Shown here: positions 50,031-60,945 of the stretch, in pieces
How the letters are laid out: each line of letters starts with the position of its first letter
Position numbering within the stretch: the first letter of the stretch is position 1
IMG/VR virus record: IMGVR_UViG_3300020048_000070
Location: 30,624 to 94,623 of that record
Source: a virus
Strand: one strand, 5' to 3'
Length of the DNA stretch: 64,000 nucleotides
The notes under the pieces: model-generated
Databases searched by the model: none
Seen by the model: the letters and a program-made list of their open reading frames with translations, nothing else
Told to the model about the DNA's origin: nothing
Translations under genes and position numbers: made by a program

Positions 50031-50223
50031 GGCATGTCTAATGATTATAGTAATAGTGTAATGTTATCAGGATGCTGTATTACTATTTGGTGCATACTAG
50101 CATGGTTTACGCATGTCATAGTATGCCTAAAAGCCGCTTCTTGGGGATTTCTTATAGCAGGAGCACTAGTTTTTCCGGTAGCTGTAATACACGGTACTGG
50201 AGTATGGTTCGGAGCATGGTAAA

Positions 50224-51369
50224 ATGAAAATAAGATTACAAAATTTTCAGGGGCACACAGATTCTTCTATAGAGACTGTTCCCGGTATAACAGCATTGAC
50301 GGGTACTACCAATGCTGGTAAAACATCCTTCTTAAGAGCACTACTACATCTTCATCAAAATTCGTTACGTGGTACTGCTTACATTAAGAACGGTACAGAT
50401 AAATGCACCATAACTGTAGATAACGTACAAAGGATAAAAGCTAAGTCTACTAATCAATATATAGTAGATGGTAATATGACAGAAGCTCTTCGTACTGGGG
50501 TGCCTCATGAAGTTATGGAAGCCCTTAAATTATCTAATGATTTTTTGCAGACTCAGCATAATTCAATATTCCTTATTGATAAACCAGCTGGGCAGATAGC
50601 ACAAAAACTTTCTGAACTGATAGATTTAGATGTAGCACATAAGTCAATAAAGCTTGTTGATACAGAAAGAAGGGCTGCTTTCTCAGAAATAAACACTTCT
50701 AACTCTTTAATAAGTAAAGCTCAAGACCGTATTCAAGAACTTTCTTTGGTGCAGGAAGCTAGTGAAAAATTGGCAGCAATTGAGCGTAAAGCGGCTGTAG
50801 TCAACGAATTGAATGCTACCCTAGTGTCACTACAGGTGACACTAAAAACGGCTGTAGAACGCAAGCTGGCGCTTGATAGCCTACCGGATATTGGGCAGCT
50901 TAGGGACTTGCCAGAAATTCTAAATAGTGCTAAAGATATAAATAAAGAACTAACTGCTATACAGGGTATTGTAAATGCCATAGATGTAGTTGTAAAACGT
51001 AAATCTGATATTGAAAAACTGCCAGATATTGATCAGTTAATTACGTGCCCCGCTATTCTTGCAGTAGCAGGAAATGTAAAAAGAGAAAAAGAAGAAATAA
51101 GTAAAATACAAGGTAAGATAGATATTGCTAAAAAATGTTTAAATAGGAAACTCAGTATACCAGATGAACTATATAAATCTATTGATGTAATTTATGTTAC
51201 TATCAGTGATAGATCTAATATAACAAAACATATAGCCATAGCTAAAGATGCTTTTAAATTGAGAGGGAACTTAAACATAAAATTAAAAGCTAAAGAAGCT
51301 GCATACACAAAACTTTTTGGAGATAGGTGCCCGCTATGCGGAGAAGGCTGCTTAAACCAGAATCATTAA
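50224..51369 (+). CDS. SbcC/Rad50-like ATPase, N-terminal half with Zn hook
   Basis: LQNFQ.H, GTTNAGKT, Q-loop, coiled coil, terminal CPLCG. Confidence 0.85.
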   Translation: MKIRLQNFQGHTDSSIETVPGITALTGTTNAGKTSFLRALLHLHQNSLRGTAYIKNGTDKCTITVDNVQRIKAKSTNQYIVDGNMTEALRTGVPHEVMEALKLSNDFLQTQHNSIFLIDKPAGQIAQKLSELIDLDVAHKSIKLVDTERRAAFSEINTSNSLISKAQDRIQELSLVQEASEKLAAIERKAAVVNELNATLVSLQVTLKTAVERKLALDSLPDIGQLRDLPEILNSAKDINKELTAIQGIVNAIDVVVKRKSDIEKLPDIDQLITCPAILAVAGNVKREKEEISKIQGKIDIAKKCLNRKLSIPDELYKSIDVIYVTISDRSNITKHIAIAKDAFKLRGNLNIKLKAKEAAYTKLFGDRCPLCGEGCLNQNH

Positions 51370-52310
51370 TTAACCTACAAGGCAGAAAGATTCTGGCTTG
51401 TGGGGATTTGCATGTTAGAGAAACTACTCCAAGCATGCGCACAGAGAAAAACTTTTTTGAAGAAGTAGTAGAACCTAAGATAGTATGGGTAGTAGATAAA
51501 GCTAATGAGCACGAAGCTACTATTTGTATAGCTGGGGATATATTTGATAACGCGCACCCAAGGTACTACATAGCCAATAGAATTTCTCAACTGCTTAGAA
51601 AAGCAAAGTATGGTATTTTTGCTGTTCCTGGGCAACACGATATGAATTACCATTCTCAATTACTGATGGATACCCCGTATCAATCTTTAATTGAATCGGG
51701 TGTTATTCAAAACATTCACGGTACAGTAGGATCTATTAATGATATAATGGCTACTGGAGCTGGGTTTGGAATAGACCCAATGGATTTACATGCAGATATT
51801 CTTTTAGTACATGCATGTATTACTGAAAATAATCCTCCGTTCTTTCTTGAGGAGGCCCTTGCAGCAAATGACTATCTAGATAAATATCTTAATTGGAAGA
51901 TTATAATATCTGGAGATTATCATGTTTCCCATGTTACAGAGTATGATGGTAGGATACTGGTAAACTGCGGGCCTATGTTCAGAAAAGATAAAACTCAGAT
52001 AAATCAAAAGCCTAGAGTATTCTTGATTAACGTAGATGATAATTCTTATCAATCTTTATATATTCCAATACGACCTGGGGATGAAGCGTTTGATCTTACT
52101 AAGATAGAAAGAGCTAAAAAACTCGGTATATCTGAAAATGATGTAAATACAACTAAACTACAACAGTTAATCACTGGTAAAGATGAAAATACTGCTTTAG
52201 ATTTTTCTAGTGTAGTATCCCTAGTATGCACTCAATTTGAAACAGATAGAGGTATCACAATACCAAAAGATAAATTATTAAGTATAATTCAGAGGGCGAG
52301 CAATGGCTGA
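51327..52310 (+). CDS. SbcD/Mre11-like nuclease
   Basis: GDLH, AGDIFD, PGQHD, H, SGDYH, NCG. Confidence 0.88.
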   Translation: MPAMRRRLLKPESLINLQGRKILACGDLHVRETTPSMRTEKNFFEEVVEPKIVWVVDKANEHEATICIAGDIFDNAHPRYYIANRISQLLRKAKYGIFAVPGQHDMNYHSQLLMDTPYQSLIESGVIQNIHGTVGSINDIMATGAGFGIDPMDLHADILLVHACITENNPPFFLEEALAANDYLDKYLNWKIIISGDYHVSHVTEYDGRILVNCGPMFRKDKTQINQKPRVFLINVDDNSYQSLYIPIRPGDEAFDLTKIERAKKLGISENDVNTTKLQQLITGKDENTALDFSSVVSLVCTQFETDRGITIPKDKLLSIIQRASNG

Positions 52311-52557
52311 GAACATCATAGAAAATCTTGAAAGAATAAGTAAAGAGATAAAAGAAGTTAAAACTGAATTAGATAAAGCTACTGGTAGGTATGAAGCTTC
52401 TATGGCTGCTCTTAGTACTTTGGGGTATAAGACTATAGAGGAAGCTGAAGAGGCTGTTAAATCCAGAACAGAACAAATTACTGTTCGACAAGACAGGCTG
52501 AACGCTGACTACGAGGCATTCTACAAAAAGTATGAAGAGGTATTCTCAGATGAGTAA
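52303..52557 (+). CDS. Small coiled-coil protein (possible part of the split SbcC)
   Basis: Heptad-rich 84 aa between SbcD and the SbcC C-terminal half. Confidence 0.55.
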   Translation: MAENIIENLERISKEIKEVKTELDKATGRYEASMAALSTLGYKTIEEAEEAVKSRTEQITVRQDRLNADYEAFYKKYEEVFSDE

Positions 52558-53173
52558 TGTAAGTAACGAAATACATAATTGTAGAGTACGTCTTACAGAG
52601 TTAGCTACAGAGAAAAAACTCAAAGAAGCTGAAGTGACAAAGCTACAGGTAAGAGTAGATGAGCTAGATATTGTGGTTGAGGAACTTAGGGTAGTTTTAG
52701 ATGTTCTTCAAACTGCAAGTAAGTTAATGTACTCTAATTTATCTGTAAAATTAGGCGCTATAATAACTGAAGGATTATCACTGGTTTTTCCAGAAAGTGA
52801 CCTATCTTTCGTTATTGAGTTTGTAGAACGCCGAAACCAAATAGAAGCTGATGTGTATCTAATGGATGTTGATGGTAACCAGTATGATCCTGTAGATGGG
52901 GTTGGTGGTGGCATAACTGACTTCATATCTTTGTTGTTTAGGATAACATACGTAAAATTATCTAATTATCGTGATTTTATTGCCGTTGACGAGCCCGCTA
53001 AGTTTATTTCCAGGGACAAGATGCCAGAAGCTGCAATTTTCCTTGCTAAAATATGTAAAGACTTGCAATTTGAATTGCTGTGTGTTACTCATGTTCCTGA
53101 ATTAGCAGAATGCGCAAACAGAATATACAAAGTTAGCTCATCTAACGGATCTAGCTCAATAATTAAAATGTAA
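52550..53173 (+). CDS. SbcC/Rad50-like ATPase, C-terminal half
   Basis: Coiled coil, signature-like VGGG, Walker B IAVDEP, H-loop VTH. Confidence 0.85.
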   Translation: MSNVSNEIHNCRVRLTELATEKKLKEAEVTKLQVRVDELDIVVEELRVVLDVLQTASKLMYSNLSVKLGAIITEGLSLVFPESDLSFVIEFVERRNQIEADVYLMDVDGNQYDPVDGVGGGITDFISLLFRITYVKLSNYRDFIAVDEPAKFISRDKMPEAAIFLAKICKDLQFELLCVTHVPELAECANRIYKVSSSNGSSSIIKM

Positions 53174-54468
53174 GGAGAATAGTATGGATAAAAAAGTTCC
53201 CAATAATACTCAGCAACCTGGAATGAATACTGGAGGGGCTGTAGTACCATCCACGTTTACTCTTAGAGATACGTTTGCTATGCATGCTATAGAAGGTCTA
53301 ATAAATTGTACGGATATGGCTGTTGACACATTTGATATAAATAACAGCGGTGCAGTAGAAAATGAGGTTGAGGTAGTTATTGAAGATGACATAAAAACTA
53401 TTGTAAAAGTAATAGCACATATAGCGTACTTACAAGCAGATGCTATGATTGCCGAAAGAAACAAAAATCTTAAATACAAAAAGAAGGGATTATCCAATGA
53501 GTGAGAAACGATATACACTAGAAGCCGCATCTACTCAAATGAACAATGCCGGTAGTACTGAACTTCTAGATATTGCCAAAGTAGTAAAAGCTTATATAGA
53601 AAGTAAAGAAGGTATAGATACTACAGATAGTATTTACCCACTGGCTTTAAGGTATCAAAGCTTAATGAAAATATTTAATGATACCCCTATGGATGATTTA
53701 AGTATAAATCCAGAGGATATTATAGAATTTGCCAGTCTACATAATCTTTTTATGCAAACTATTGGCTATGATCGCAGCGAGAACAAATAGTGACTATAAT
53801 GCTACCTATACCGGGACTGTAACTTATACCGGGACTATCACTACTGGAGACTGGTTTACAGAAACTGGGTACATCCGTGTAGAAGATCAATGGTGGAATG
53901 CTAAACCAGAACCAAGACCGAGAAAAACTTACTTAAAATTCTTATCAAGTAAAGGATATAATGCAAACGGAAAAAATAAAAAAGGGAGTAGTATCAAAAG
54001 ATCCTCAAGAGTGCTTAAAAATTGTAGAACTTGACGAGACCATAGTAAGATTGATAGTAAAAAATTTATTCTCATTGAAGTGCATAGGCACCGATAAACC
54101 TGTATTGTTCAGGGGTAAACTATATTGGAAGCCTACTTACTATGTGTATATACAAGATGGTGTATCCATAGTAAGAAATGAAGATGAATCCTTTACACTT
54201 CAAGTAGATACCAATGCTATGCTAACACTTGGGGAGGAAATATGTTATGGCGTAAAGTAACCTTGGATGGTATTCCATCTAGTGAAGATGATAGACCTTT
54301 CGTAGTTTTCTATAGGGGACTACATGAAGATATAAATAAATGTATAGCTATGGGCACGTTTACCACGCATAATAGAGGTATAGGGATAAGACCTGCTGGA
54401 GAACGTAATTACCATTTAGCAAATCATGTAACACACTGGGCTTATATAGATGGCCCTTGGGAGGATGT

Positions 54469-55044
54469 ATGATAGTAGTTTGTGTAAATGGTGTAGCACT
54501 TGCAGGTAAAGACTCATTTGTAAATAGAGTAAAAGCCCTAAGAAACGTAGGATTTCCAGACCATTCAATAGTAACTAGAGAAAGACAACCTATAAAATGT
54601 TATTCTACAATAGATCCTGTTAAAAAAGTTTATAAAGAGTTTTTTGGATGGAATGGTGATAAGACCCCAGAACATAGAAAAAATCTAAATGTTTTAAAAC
54701 GTATATGGATAGATGTTGATGCTGGCCCTATAGGGTACCTTATGAACGTATTTCATGCAAATGCTCCATTTTGTAGAATATGCTTTGTTATGGTACGCGA
54801 ATTTGAAGAAATGGAAAAAACAAAAGCTCTTGCAGAATCCATGGGGTATAAAGCATACACATTAGAGGTACTTAGGGATGGTTTAGATATTCCTTCAGTA
54901 GAACAAGAATTTTTAGATAGTCATCCTAAAGGTTATAAGTATGATTTTTCTATTTTTAACCCAACTGTAGATACATTTCCTGATTTACCTTTATTGGATA
55001 TAGCAGCAGAATCCTGGTTACAATTAATAATGAATGAGGATTAA
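54469..55044 (+). CDS. P-loop dNMP-kinase-like protein
   Basis: NGVALAGKD, GW.G.K....RK.L, VRE..E. Confidence 0.7.
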   Translation: MIVVCVNGVALAGKDSFVNRVKALRNVGFPDHSIVTRERQPIKCYSTIDPVKKVYKEFFGWNGDKTPEHRKNLNVLKRIWIDVDAGPIGYLMNVFHANAPFCRICFVMVREFEEMEKTKALAESMGYKAYTLEVLRDGLDIPSVEQEFLDSHPKGYKYDFSIFNPTVDTFPDLPLLDIAAESWLQLIMNED

Positions 55045-55046
55045 TT

Positions 55047-55511
55047 ATGAAAATAGTGCGAAGAGGTATATTTGAAACTAACTCATCTAGCAGTCATTCT
55101 GTATCAATAGCTACTGGTAGTCTATCTGATTTACTACCAGTTCAAGACGGTACTGTACGAGTTTCATGCGGAGAATTCGGCTGGGGATATGAGACTCATA
55201 CAGATTCTGAAACTAAATTATCTTATTTAGTAACAAGCCTATTTCAGAAAATACGCGCAGATGGATGCACAATAGAAAAAGATATTAAGATAGTAAAGAA
55301 ATCAAATAAGTTCTTAATGTTACAGAAAGTAATAAAAGAGTGGTGTAACGCTAAAATAGAAGTAGTATCCAATATGGACTATTATATGTTTGGATATATT
55401 GATCATCAGTCGAGTGGTGTTCCAGATGAAGTATTTGTTAACAAAGAAACTATTGCTAATTTTTTATTTAATCCACATTCAATATTGGTGATAGATAATG
55501 ATAACCACTGA
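55047..55511 (+). CDS. Conserved hypothetical protein (FETNSSSSHS), radical SAM partner
   Basis: RRGIFETNSSSSHS, EFGW, GYIDHQS; overlaps the next gene. Confidence 0.7.
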   Translation: MKIVRRGIFETNSSSSHSVSIATGSLSDLLPVQDGTVRVSCGEFGWGYETHTDSETKLSYLVTSLFQKIRADGCTIEKDIKIVKKSNKFLMLQKVIKEWCNAKIEVVSNMDYYMFGYIDHQSSGVPDEVFVNKETIANFLFNPHSILVIDNDNH

Positions 55512-56664
55512 TAGTAACCTGACTATAATAAAAGAATATAAGAACAATGAGGCTAACATTCGTATTTACGCAGATGGTACCAAAGTACGTTCGTATGATA
55601 CGGAGTACAACCCAGTAGTACCGGAATCGCTGGATGTAAAAATAACGGACTACTGTGATAGAAATTGTGAATACTGTCATGAGCAATCTAGTGTGCAGGG
55701 GGAACATGCCAATTATACAACAGTAATTCAACGGTTACTGGATGTACCTAATGCTGAACTGGCCCTAGGAGGCGGAAACCCACTAGCACATCCAGCAATA
55801 GAGCACATTACTAGAGTGCTTACAACTAACGGTAATATATGCAATATTACTATTAATGAATCTGTATCTGAAGAAGATTTAGATTTACTCGGTAAATTAG
55901 TAAAACTTGGGTATATACACGGTATTGGTGTATCTATTAATGACTGCCAAGGTGCTCATAATTTTAAACTCAATGCCAATAGAAAACTAATATTATCTAA
56001 ATTACCGGAGTACTACGATAATGTAGTAGCACATGTTATTGCCGGAGTACATTCCTATAATGAAATAGGGTATGTGTTATCAACATATAATAAAGTACTT
56101 ATCCTGGGATACAAAGATTTCGGTAAGGGAGTTAAATATAAAGATAATCATCAAGATAGTATAGAAACCAACATACAGTATTTAAAGAACAACTTATGGA
56201 GGATACTCCACCCTAATTATTCAGCAGTAGTATCTTTTGATAATCTAGCTATACAGCAACTAGGAGTTAGTGCTCATTTTACTGGAGATGAGTGGGGTAA
56301 ATTTTACATGGGAGATGATGGTAAATACAGTATGTATTATGATGCTGTTGAAGACAAGTACGCTACATCATCTACTAATGAAAGGGTCTCTGCTCGAAGA
56401 TTTAATAGTATACTAGATTTTTTTAGTAGAAGTTCTAAGCAAGCCCGCATAGGAGGCCATATACCGAAAGGTATTGAATGCCCTGTAATACATCATGGGG
56501 ATTACATCGTGCCTAAAGAAATTGTAAAAAATCTTTCCACATTTGAGGAGTTGAAAAAGGTAATGCATTCTAACTATAATTCTAATTTTCATTCAGATAA
56601 TATGCCATGGAATACTATGGCTTGGATTAAAGAATTGTGTATGTTATTGGATAAACGCAAATAA
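55498..56664 (+). CDS. Radical SAM protein
   Basis: KITDYCDRNCEYCHE, GGGNP, SFDNLA. Confidence 0.88.
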   Translation: MITTDSNLTIIKEYKNNEANIRIYADGTKVRSYDTEYNPVVPESLDVKITDYCDRNCEYCHEQSSVQGEHANYTTVIQRLLDVPNAELALGGGNPLAHPAIEHITRVLTTNGNICNITINESVSEEDLDLLGKLVKLGYIHGIGVSINDCQGAHNFKLNANRKLILSKLPEYYDNVVAHVIAGVHSYNEIGYVLSTYNKVLILGYKDFGKGVKYKDNHQDSIETNIQYLKNNLWRILHPNYSAVVSFDNLAIQQLGVSAHFTGDEWGKFYMGDDGKYSMYYDAVEDKYATSSTNERVSARRFNSILDFFSRSSKQARIGGHIPKGIECPVIHHGDYIVPKEIVKNLSTFEELKKVMHSNYNSNFHSDNMPWNTMAWIKELCMLLDKRK

Positions 56665-56709
56665 TCTAATAGTAACATTAATGAACTTATAAAATAGGGA
56701 TAATAATAT

Positions 56710-57204
56710 ATGTATTCAAGTATGATAGGCATTAATATAAAATTAGAAAACGGTGCAAAGCTTCCAATATATGCTACTAAAGGAGCAGCGTGTATGGATA
56801 TACACGCTTTTCTGGAAGAACCCATAATACTGTATAAGCAAAACGTTGTATCTATAAGAACCGGGTTACATGTGGAGGTGCCGGAAGGGTACGAATTACA
56901 ACTTGTTCCTCGTAGTGGGTTGGCGTTCAGTCATAATATTACTTTGGTTAATTCCCCTGGAACTATAGATTCGGACTATAGGGGAGAAATTAAAATAGGA
57001 TTAATAAACCATGGATTTCAAGCTTTACGTATATTCCCAGGAGATAGAATAGCTCAGATATCGTTAGTAAAAGTTCCCAAGATAGTATGGAACGTGGTAG
57101 AAGAATTATCTAGTACAGAACGCGGTGCTGGGGGTTTTGGTAGCTCTGGGATGCAAGGTGTTCCTTCTTTCCTTGAAGGGCACATAAATAATAAAATAAG
57201 TTAA
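56710..57204 (+). CDS. dut: Trimeric dUTPase
   Basis: AACMD, PRSG, GTIDSDYRGE, GDRIAQ, RGAGGFGSSG. Confidence 0.95.
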   Translation: MYSSMIGINIKLENGAKLPIYATKGAACMDIHAFLEEPIILYKQNVVSIRTGLHVEVPEGYELQLVPRSGLAFSHNITLVNSPGTIDSDYRGEIKIGLINHGFQALRIFPGDRIAQISLVKVPKIVWNVVEELSSTERGAGGFGSSGMQGVPSFLEGHINNKIS

Positions 57205-57210
57205 ATACTG

Positions 57211-57239
57211 TTGACATATATAAATGCTTATGTTATATA
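57211..57239 (+). promoter_or_regulatory. Sigma70-like promoter upstream of a structured RNA candidate
   Basis: TTGACA-17-TATATA with extended -10 TG. Confidence 0.75.
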
Positions 57240-57249
57240 TGTAACTGTA

Positions 57250-57437
57250 ATAAGTTGTGGGGCTAAAAGGGTTAATAATGGAGATACCCCTTTGAATGGC
57301 GGGATACGTTGCTGGTAAAACCGATAAATGCTTTCTCAGGCTGTGCAATACGCTAAGTCCCACTTTAGAACGGGTTAGTAAACTGATAAGATCATCCCAT
57401 AGGATGAAGTCTATCACTTTCACGAAACCCGTTTTTT
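57250..57437 (+). ncRNA. Candidate two-domain ncRNA or leader ending in a terminator-like hairpin
   Basis: GTGGGGCT/AGTCCCAC closes domain 1; AACGGGTT...AACCCGTT plus T-tract closes domain 2; GC-richer than flanks. Confidence 0.5.
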
Positions 57438-57930
57438 ATTAATCTATAATGGTATATATAAACAATGGCTAGTTGGAGAAAATCAAAAGAGTTTAAGTGT
57501 ATTATGTGTTCAAAAGACTTCGATAAGGTCAGTCAATACAAGAAACATCTTAAAGATAAACATAATACAGAATTAGAATGGAACTCAGATATGAATAGAT
57601 ACCAAGTTATTATATCTGGTAACCAGAATGAGAATACCGGGATTACTAAATAGCGTATGGGTGAGATACTAGAATTTACTAAAAAAGAACCGCATGCTAC
57701 AGGTACTGCAATATGTATAAATTGCAGAGAAGAATGGATTGCTGTAGCTCCAGTGGGAACCAACCAACTGGAATGCCCTTCCTGCCATTCTACAAAAGGT
57801 ATATGGAAGTTTCCTTTTGTACCTAGCGAGAAAACTTTAATACGCGTGTGCAACTGCGGTAATGACCTATTTTATTTAACACAAGAAGGGCACCTGTGCG
57901 CTAATTGTGGAACTTACCAAAGGTACTAAT

Positions 57931-58098
57931 ATGCAAAGAAAATATAAAAACAAAGAGTTTTGCATATCCATTAAATGCTCCAAATTGACAAAACAAAATA
58001 GGTGCAAATTAAAAGGATGTATTTGGTCAGCAAAGGACTTGCATCATTGGCTGAATGAGAATGGATTCTGTATAATAAAAGAAGTTAAAGAGGAGTAA
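57931..58098 (+). CDS. Small Cys/His-rich protein, paralog of the 59295 N-terminus
   Basis: KYKNKEFCISIKCS...AK..HHWLN.N.FCI. Confidence 0.6.
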   Translation: MQRKYKNKEFCISIKCSKLTKQNRCKLKGCIWSAKDLHHWLNENGFCIIKEVKEE

Positions 58099-59294
58099 CA
58101 ATGGCATACACGACAACGGACATCTACTCTGGAAAAGAAACAGAGTATGAAACTATGTTGGAAATAATGAAAGAGCGCAGAATATTTACTGTTCATGAAG
58201 ATAACGGAAAATTTGTTTTTATAGAAAAGTGTGATGGGCATTTTGACGCTACTCTTACAAAAGAGCAACTTGTAGCTTTAGCAAGTGAATTAATTGAACT
58301 ATCTGAAGATAGAGAGGAATAAATGGAAACTGGAATAACAGAACTTAAAGATAAGATTCAGAATGTGATAGATACTACCGACTGGGATCAGTTTAAGTCT
58401 GTAAAGACTTTAGAGAAAACTATAGAAACTCAAGCCCTCCTTATTAATGCTGTAAAGAAATGCAATAAGGTAATCACTCTTATTATGGAAGATACCATAA
58501 AAGATAAAGATCAGGAGGAATAATCATGGCGATGTATACTGATTTTTTCCTGAATGTTAATTTACGGGAATCTACACCAAAGGGCGTATTTAAGATGTGT
58601 AAAGCTACGCCCTTTTATGGAAAGGTAACTAAAGTAGGGCTCCTAAAATTAGCTATTCACACTGGCATAAAAAATAACGCAGACCAGATAGACGACTTTT
58701 TGTGTGAGATTCACCCACATGTATACTGTGTGCATAAAACATTTGTTGGATTTAGTATACATGAATCTCATGAGCATCCTACTCTTATTTTCTATTATCC
58801 AGAAAGGTTTAGGTATAGTACTATTCCTCCAGAGATGGAAACAGTACAAGAGATACGAAATAAAATGTATAAAGTAGAGGAGATAAATAGAAACCTTAAT
58901 TTAGTAAATGATGCATTAAAGAAAAAAATTTCTAATCTAGTACACGAAGTAGCCGAATATACCGGAGCTAGATTTCCAGAGGGTAAAATGGTAGAAAATT
59001 ATGAGTGTCCTGTTTGTGGTAGTGCAGAACACACAGGTAAAGGATTAATGCAAGGCGGAGTAAACTGTACATGTGTTTGTGGAGCTAAATATCATGTGTG
59101 TGCGTTCTAATAAACTATAATGTACTTATGAATAGTGGGGTAAAAATGACGGCAGAAGTACTTTTAGGTATTTTGTGTTTTGTAGTTTTTATTGTCTTCA
59201 TTATAACCACTCCAGATACTGCAACATATATTCTGGCATCAACAGGATGGGGTGTGTCTGGTGTTTTGTTTTTTATCATCTGGAGTATGAATAT

Positions 59295-59702
59295 ATGAAA
59301 TATAAAAACAAAGAGTTTTGTATATCCATTAAATGCTCCCAACTCCTACTTGACGAACTAAAGTGTGCGTATAAGGGAAAAAGGTGTCTAAGAACAGCGA
59401 AAGAGTTTCATCATTGGTTAAATGACAATAGCTTCTGCATATCTAAATGCAGAAAGATAATGGGTAAAGATTGGGAAGTTGCTGATAAATATGGAAATAT
59501 AGTATGTCCTGTTTGTAAAAAGAAACAATCTCCGAGTTGGGGAGATAAGTGTGTGCATTGCTGTGAACACGTTCATGTTAAACTCAGTCTTATTGTCGGA
59601 GAAGATGGTAGAGACGAAATGGAATTCACTTGTATAAGGTGTAACTCCACTGTTTTTAATAGTAAAGAAATAGTTGCTAATTACATGCTCACTAAAAGAT
59701 AA
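59295..59702 (+). CDS. Cys-rich protein: paralogous module plus Zn ribbons
   Basis: Same module as 57931 followed by CPVC, CVHC, CIRC. Confidence 0.6.
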   Translation: MKYKNKEFCISIKCSQLLLDELKCAYKGKRCLRTAKEFHHWLNDNSFCISKCRKIMGKDWEVADKYGNIVCPVCKKKQSPSWGDKCVHCCEHVHVKLSLIVGEDGRDEMEFTCIRCNSTVFNSKEIVANYMLTKR

Positions 59703-59937
59703 AGTAGATGGTGAACAATAATGAAACAGTTTAGAACTATTGATGGAACAATGATCTATCATTGTTATCATAATTGCAGATACTTCGTAACAGCAGGTTC
59801 TTCCGAGCCAATGGAATGTCACCATCCAAAGACTTTAAAGAAGTACCCTAAGTGGCCTGACTTTTGTATTATATCTCACCCAGACTGTGACACCGGATTT
59901 CCTAAAGAATGCCCTTTACCTATAGTGGAGAAATAGA

Positions 59938-60945
59938 ATGAAAATAATTGAACCGTCTTATGAAATTCTTGATCGTCGTAATATGACTGCTGCACAAAAA
60001 ATTGAGCAATGTGGAAGACTCGCATATAAATCTGAGGACAAGATTACTGAAGATTCTGCAATCAAGTTCTTTAGAAAAATGATGGAAAGCAAACACTTTC
60101 CTGTAATTGAGTTCTCCAATATTCATGTCTACATAAAAATTAATCGTCCTGCTCCAAATGAATGTGAATATGACAACACTCAAGAAACTATTGATGACTT
60201 TCTTGGTGCTTTATTTGGTGAGAAGTACCTGAATGTATCTCCAATTATAGAAGACCACAAATTGAATGGATTCATAGTGTCTGGAACAGTCAGAGCATTT
60301 ATTGAATCACTTCAATGGGACAATTTTGAAAATGCAGGATTTATTGAAAGGCAGATTATTTTGGAACTTACAGAAAATCAAAATATATTCCCTTTTAACC
60401 TTCCAGGCATTGAGGATAATAAAGGCCCAAGAACTATAAATGCGTACTTGGTATCCACTACACAAGTGAAGAACCTAATTCCAGATTCTTATGAACAACA
60501 TCTTATGTGTGCTGTGCGATTCATTCATAATAGAGCATTCACCCACGAATTAGTACGCCATCGTCCATGTTCTTTTATTCAGGAGAGCCAAAGATATTGC
60601 AGGTACTCTGAAGAGAAATTTGGAAACGAAGTTACGTTTATAGATCCTAGAGGAGCTTTTGAAATATTTAAAACAGATGAATTATTTCTTGCTTGGCAAT
60701 ACACGATGGAAGAGGCTGAAAATAATTATCTTTTATTATTACAAAATGATGCTTCCCCACAAGCAGCAAGGACAGTGCTACCGAACTCCTGTAAGACTGA
60801 GATAATCCTTTATGCGACAATTTCTGAATGGAGACACATATTCAAAATGAGAACTTCTCCAGCAGCAGAACCTAGTATGCGTCAAGTAATGATCCCTTTG
60901 CATGAGGAATTCTTTACTGAAGATAACATGAAATTGTGGGAATAG
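59938..60945 (+). CDS. thyX: FAD-dependent thymidylate synthase
   Basis: HELVRHRPCSFIQESQRY (RHR-x7-S), AR.VLPN, W.H...R. Confidence 0.93.
   Translation: MKIIEPSYEILDRRNMTAAQKIEQCGRLAYKSEDKITEDSAIKFFRKMMESKHFPVIEFSNIHVYIKINRPAPNECEYDNTQETIDDFLGALFGEKYLNVSPIIEDHKLNGFIVSGTVRAFIESLQWDNFENAGFIERQIILELTENQNIFPFNLPGIEDNKGPRTINAYLVSTTQVKNLIPDSYEQHLMCAVRFIHNRAFTHELVRHRPCSFIQESQRYCRYSEEKFGNEVTFIDPRGAFEIFKTDELFLAWQYTMEEAENNYLLLLQNDASPQAARTVLPNSCKTEIILYATISEWRHIFKMRTSPAAEPSMRQVMIPLHEEFFTEDNMKLWE

Noticed and set aside
53804-53852. 18-bp tandem repeat as a second guide array
   Set aside because: Only about 2.5 near-identical copies, in frame, encoding TYTGTV/TYTGTI; no variable spacers
57385-57430. Hammerhead ribozyme (CTGATAAG...GAAAC)
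   Set aside because: The core requires CUGANGA but reads CUGAUAA, and the region folds more simply as one long hairpin
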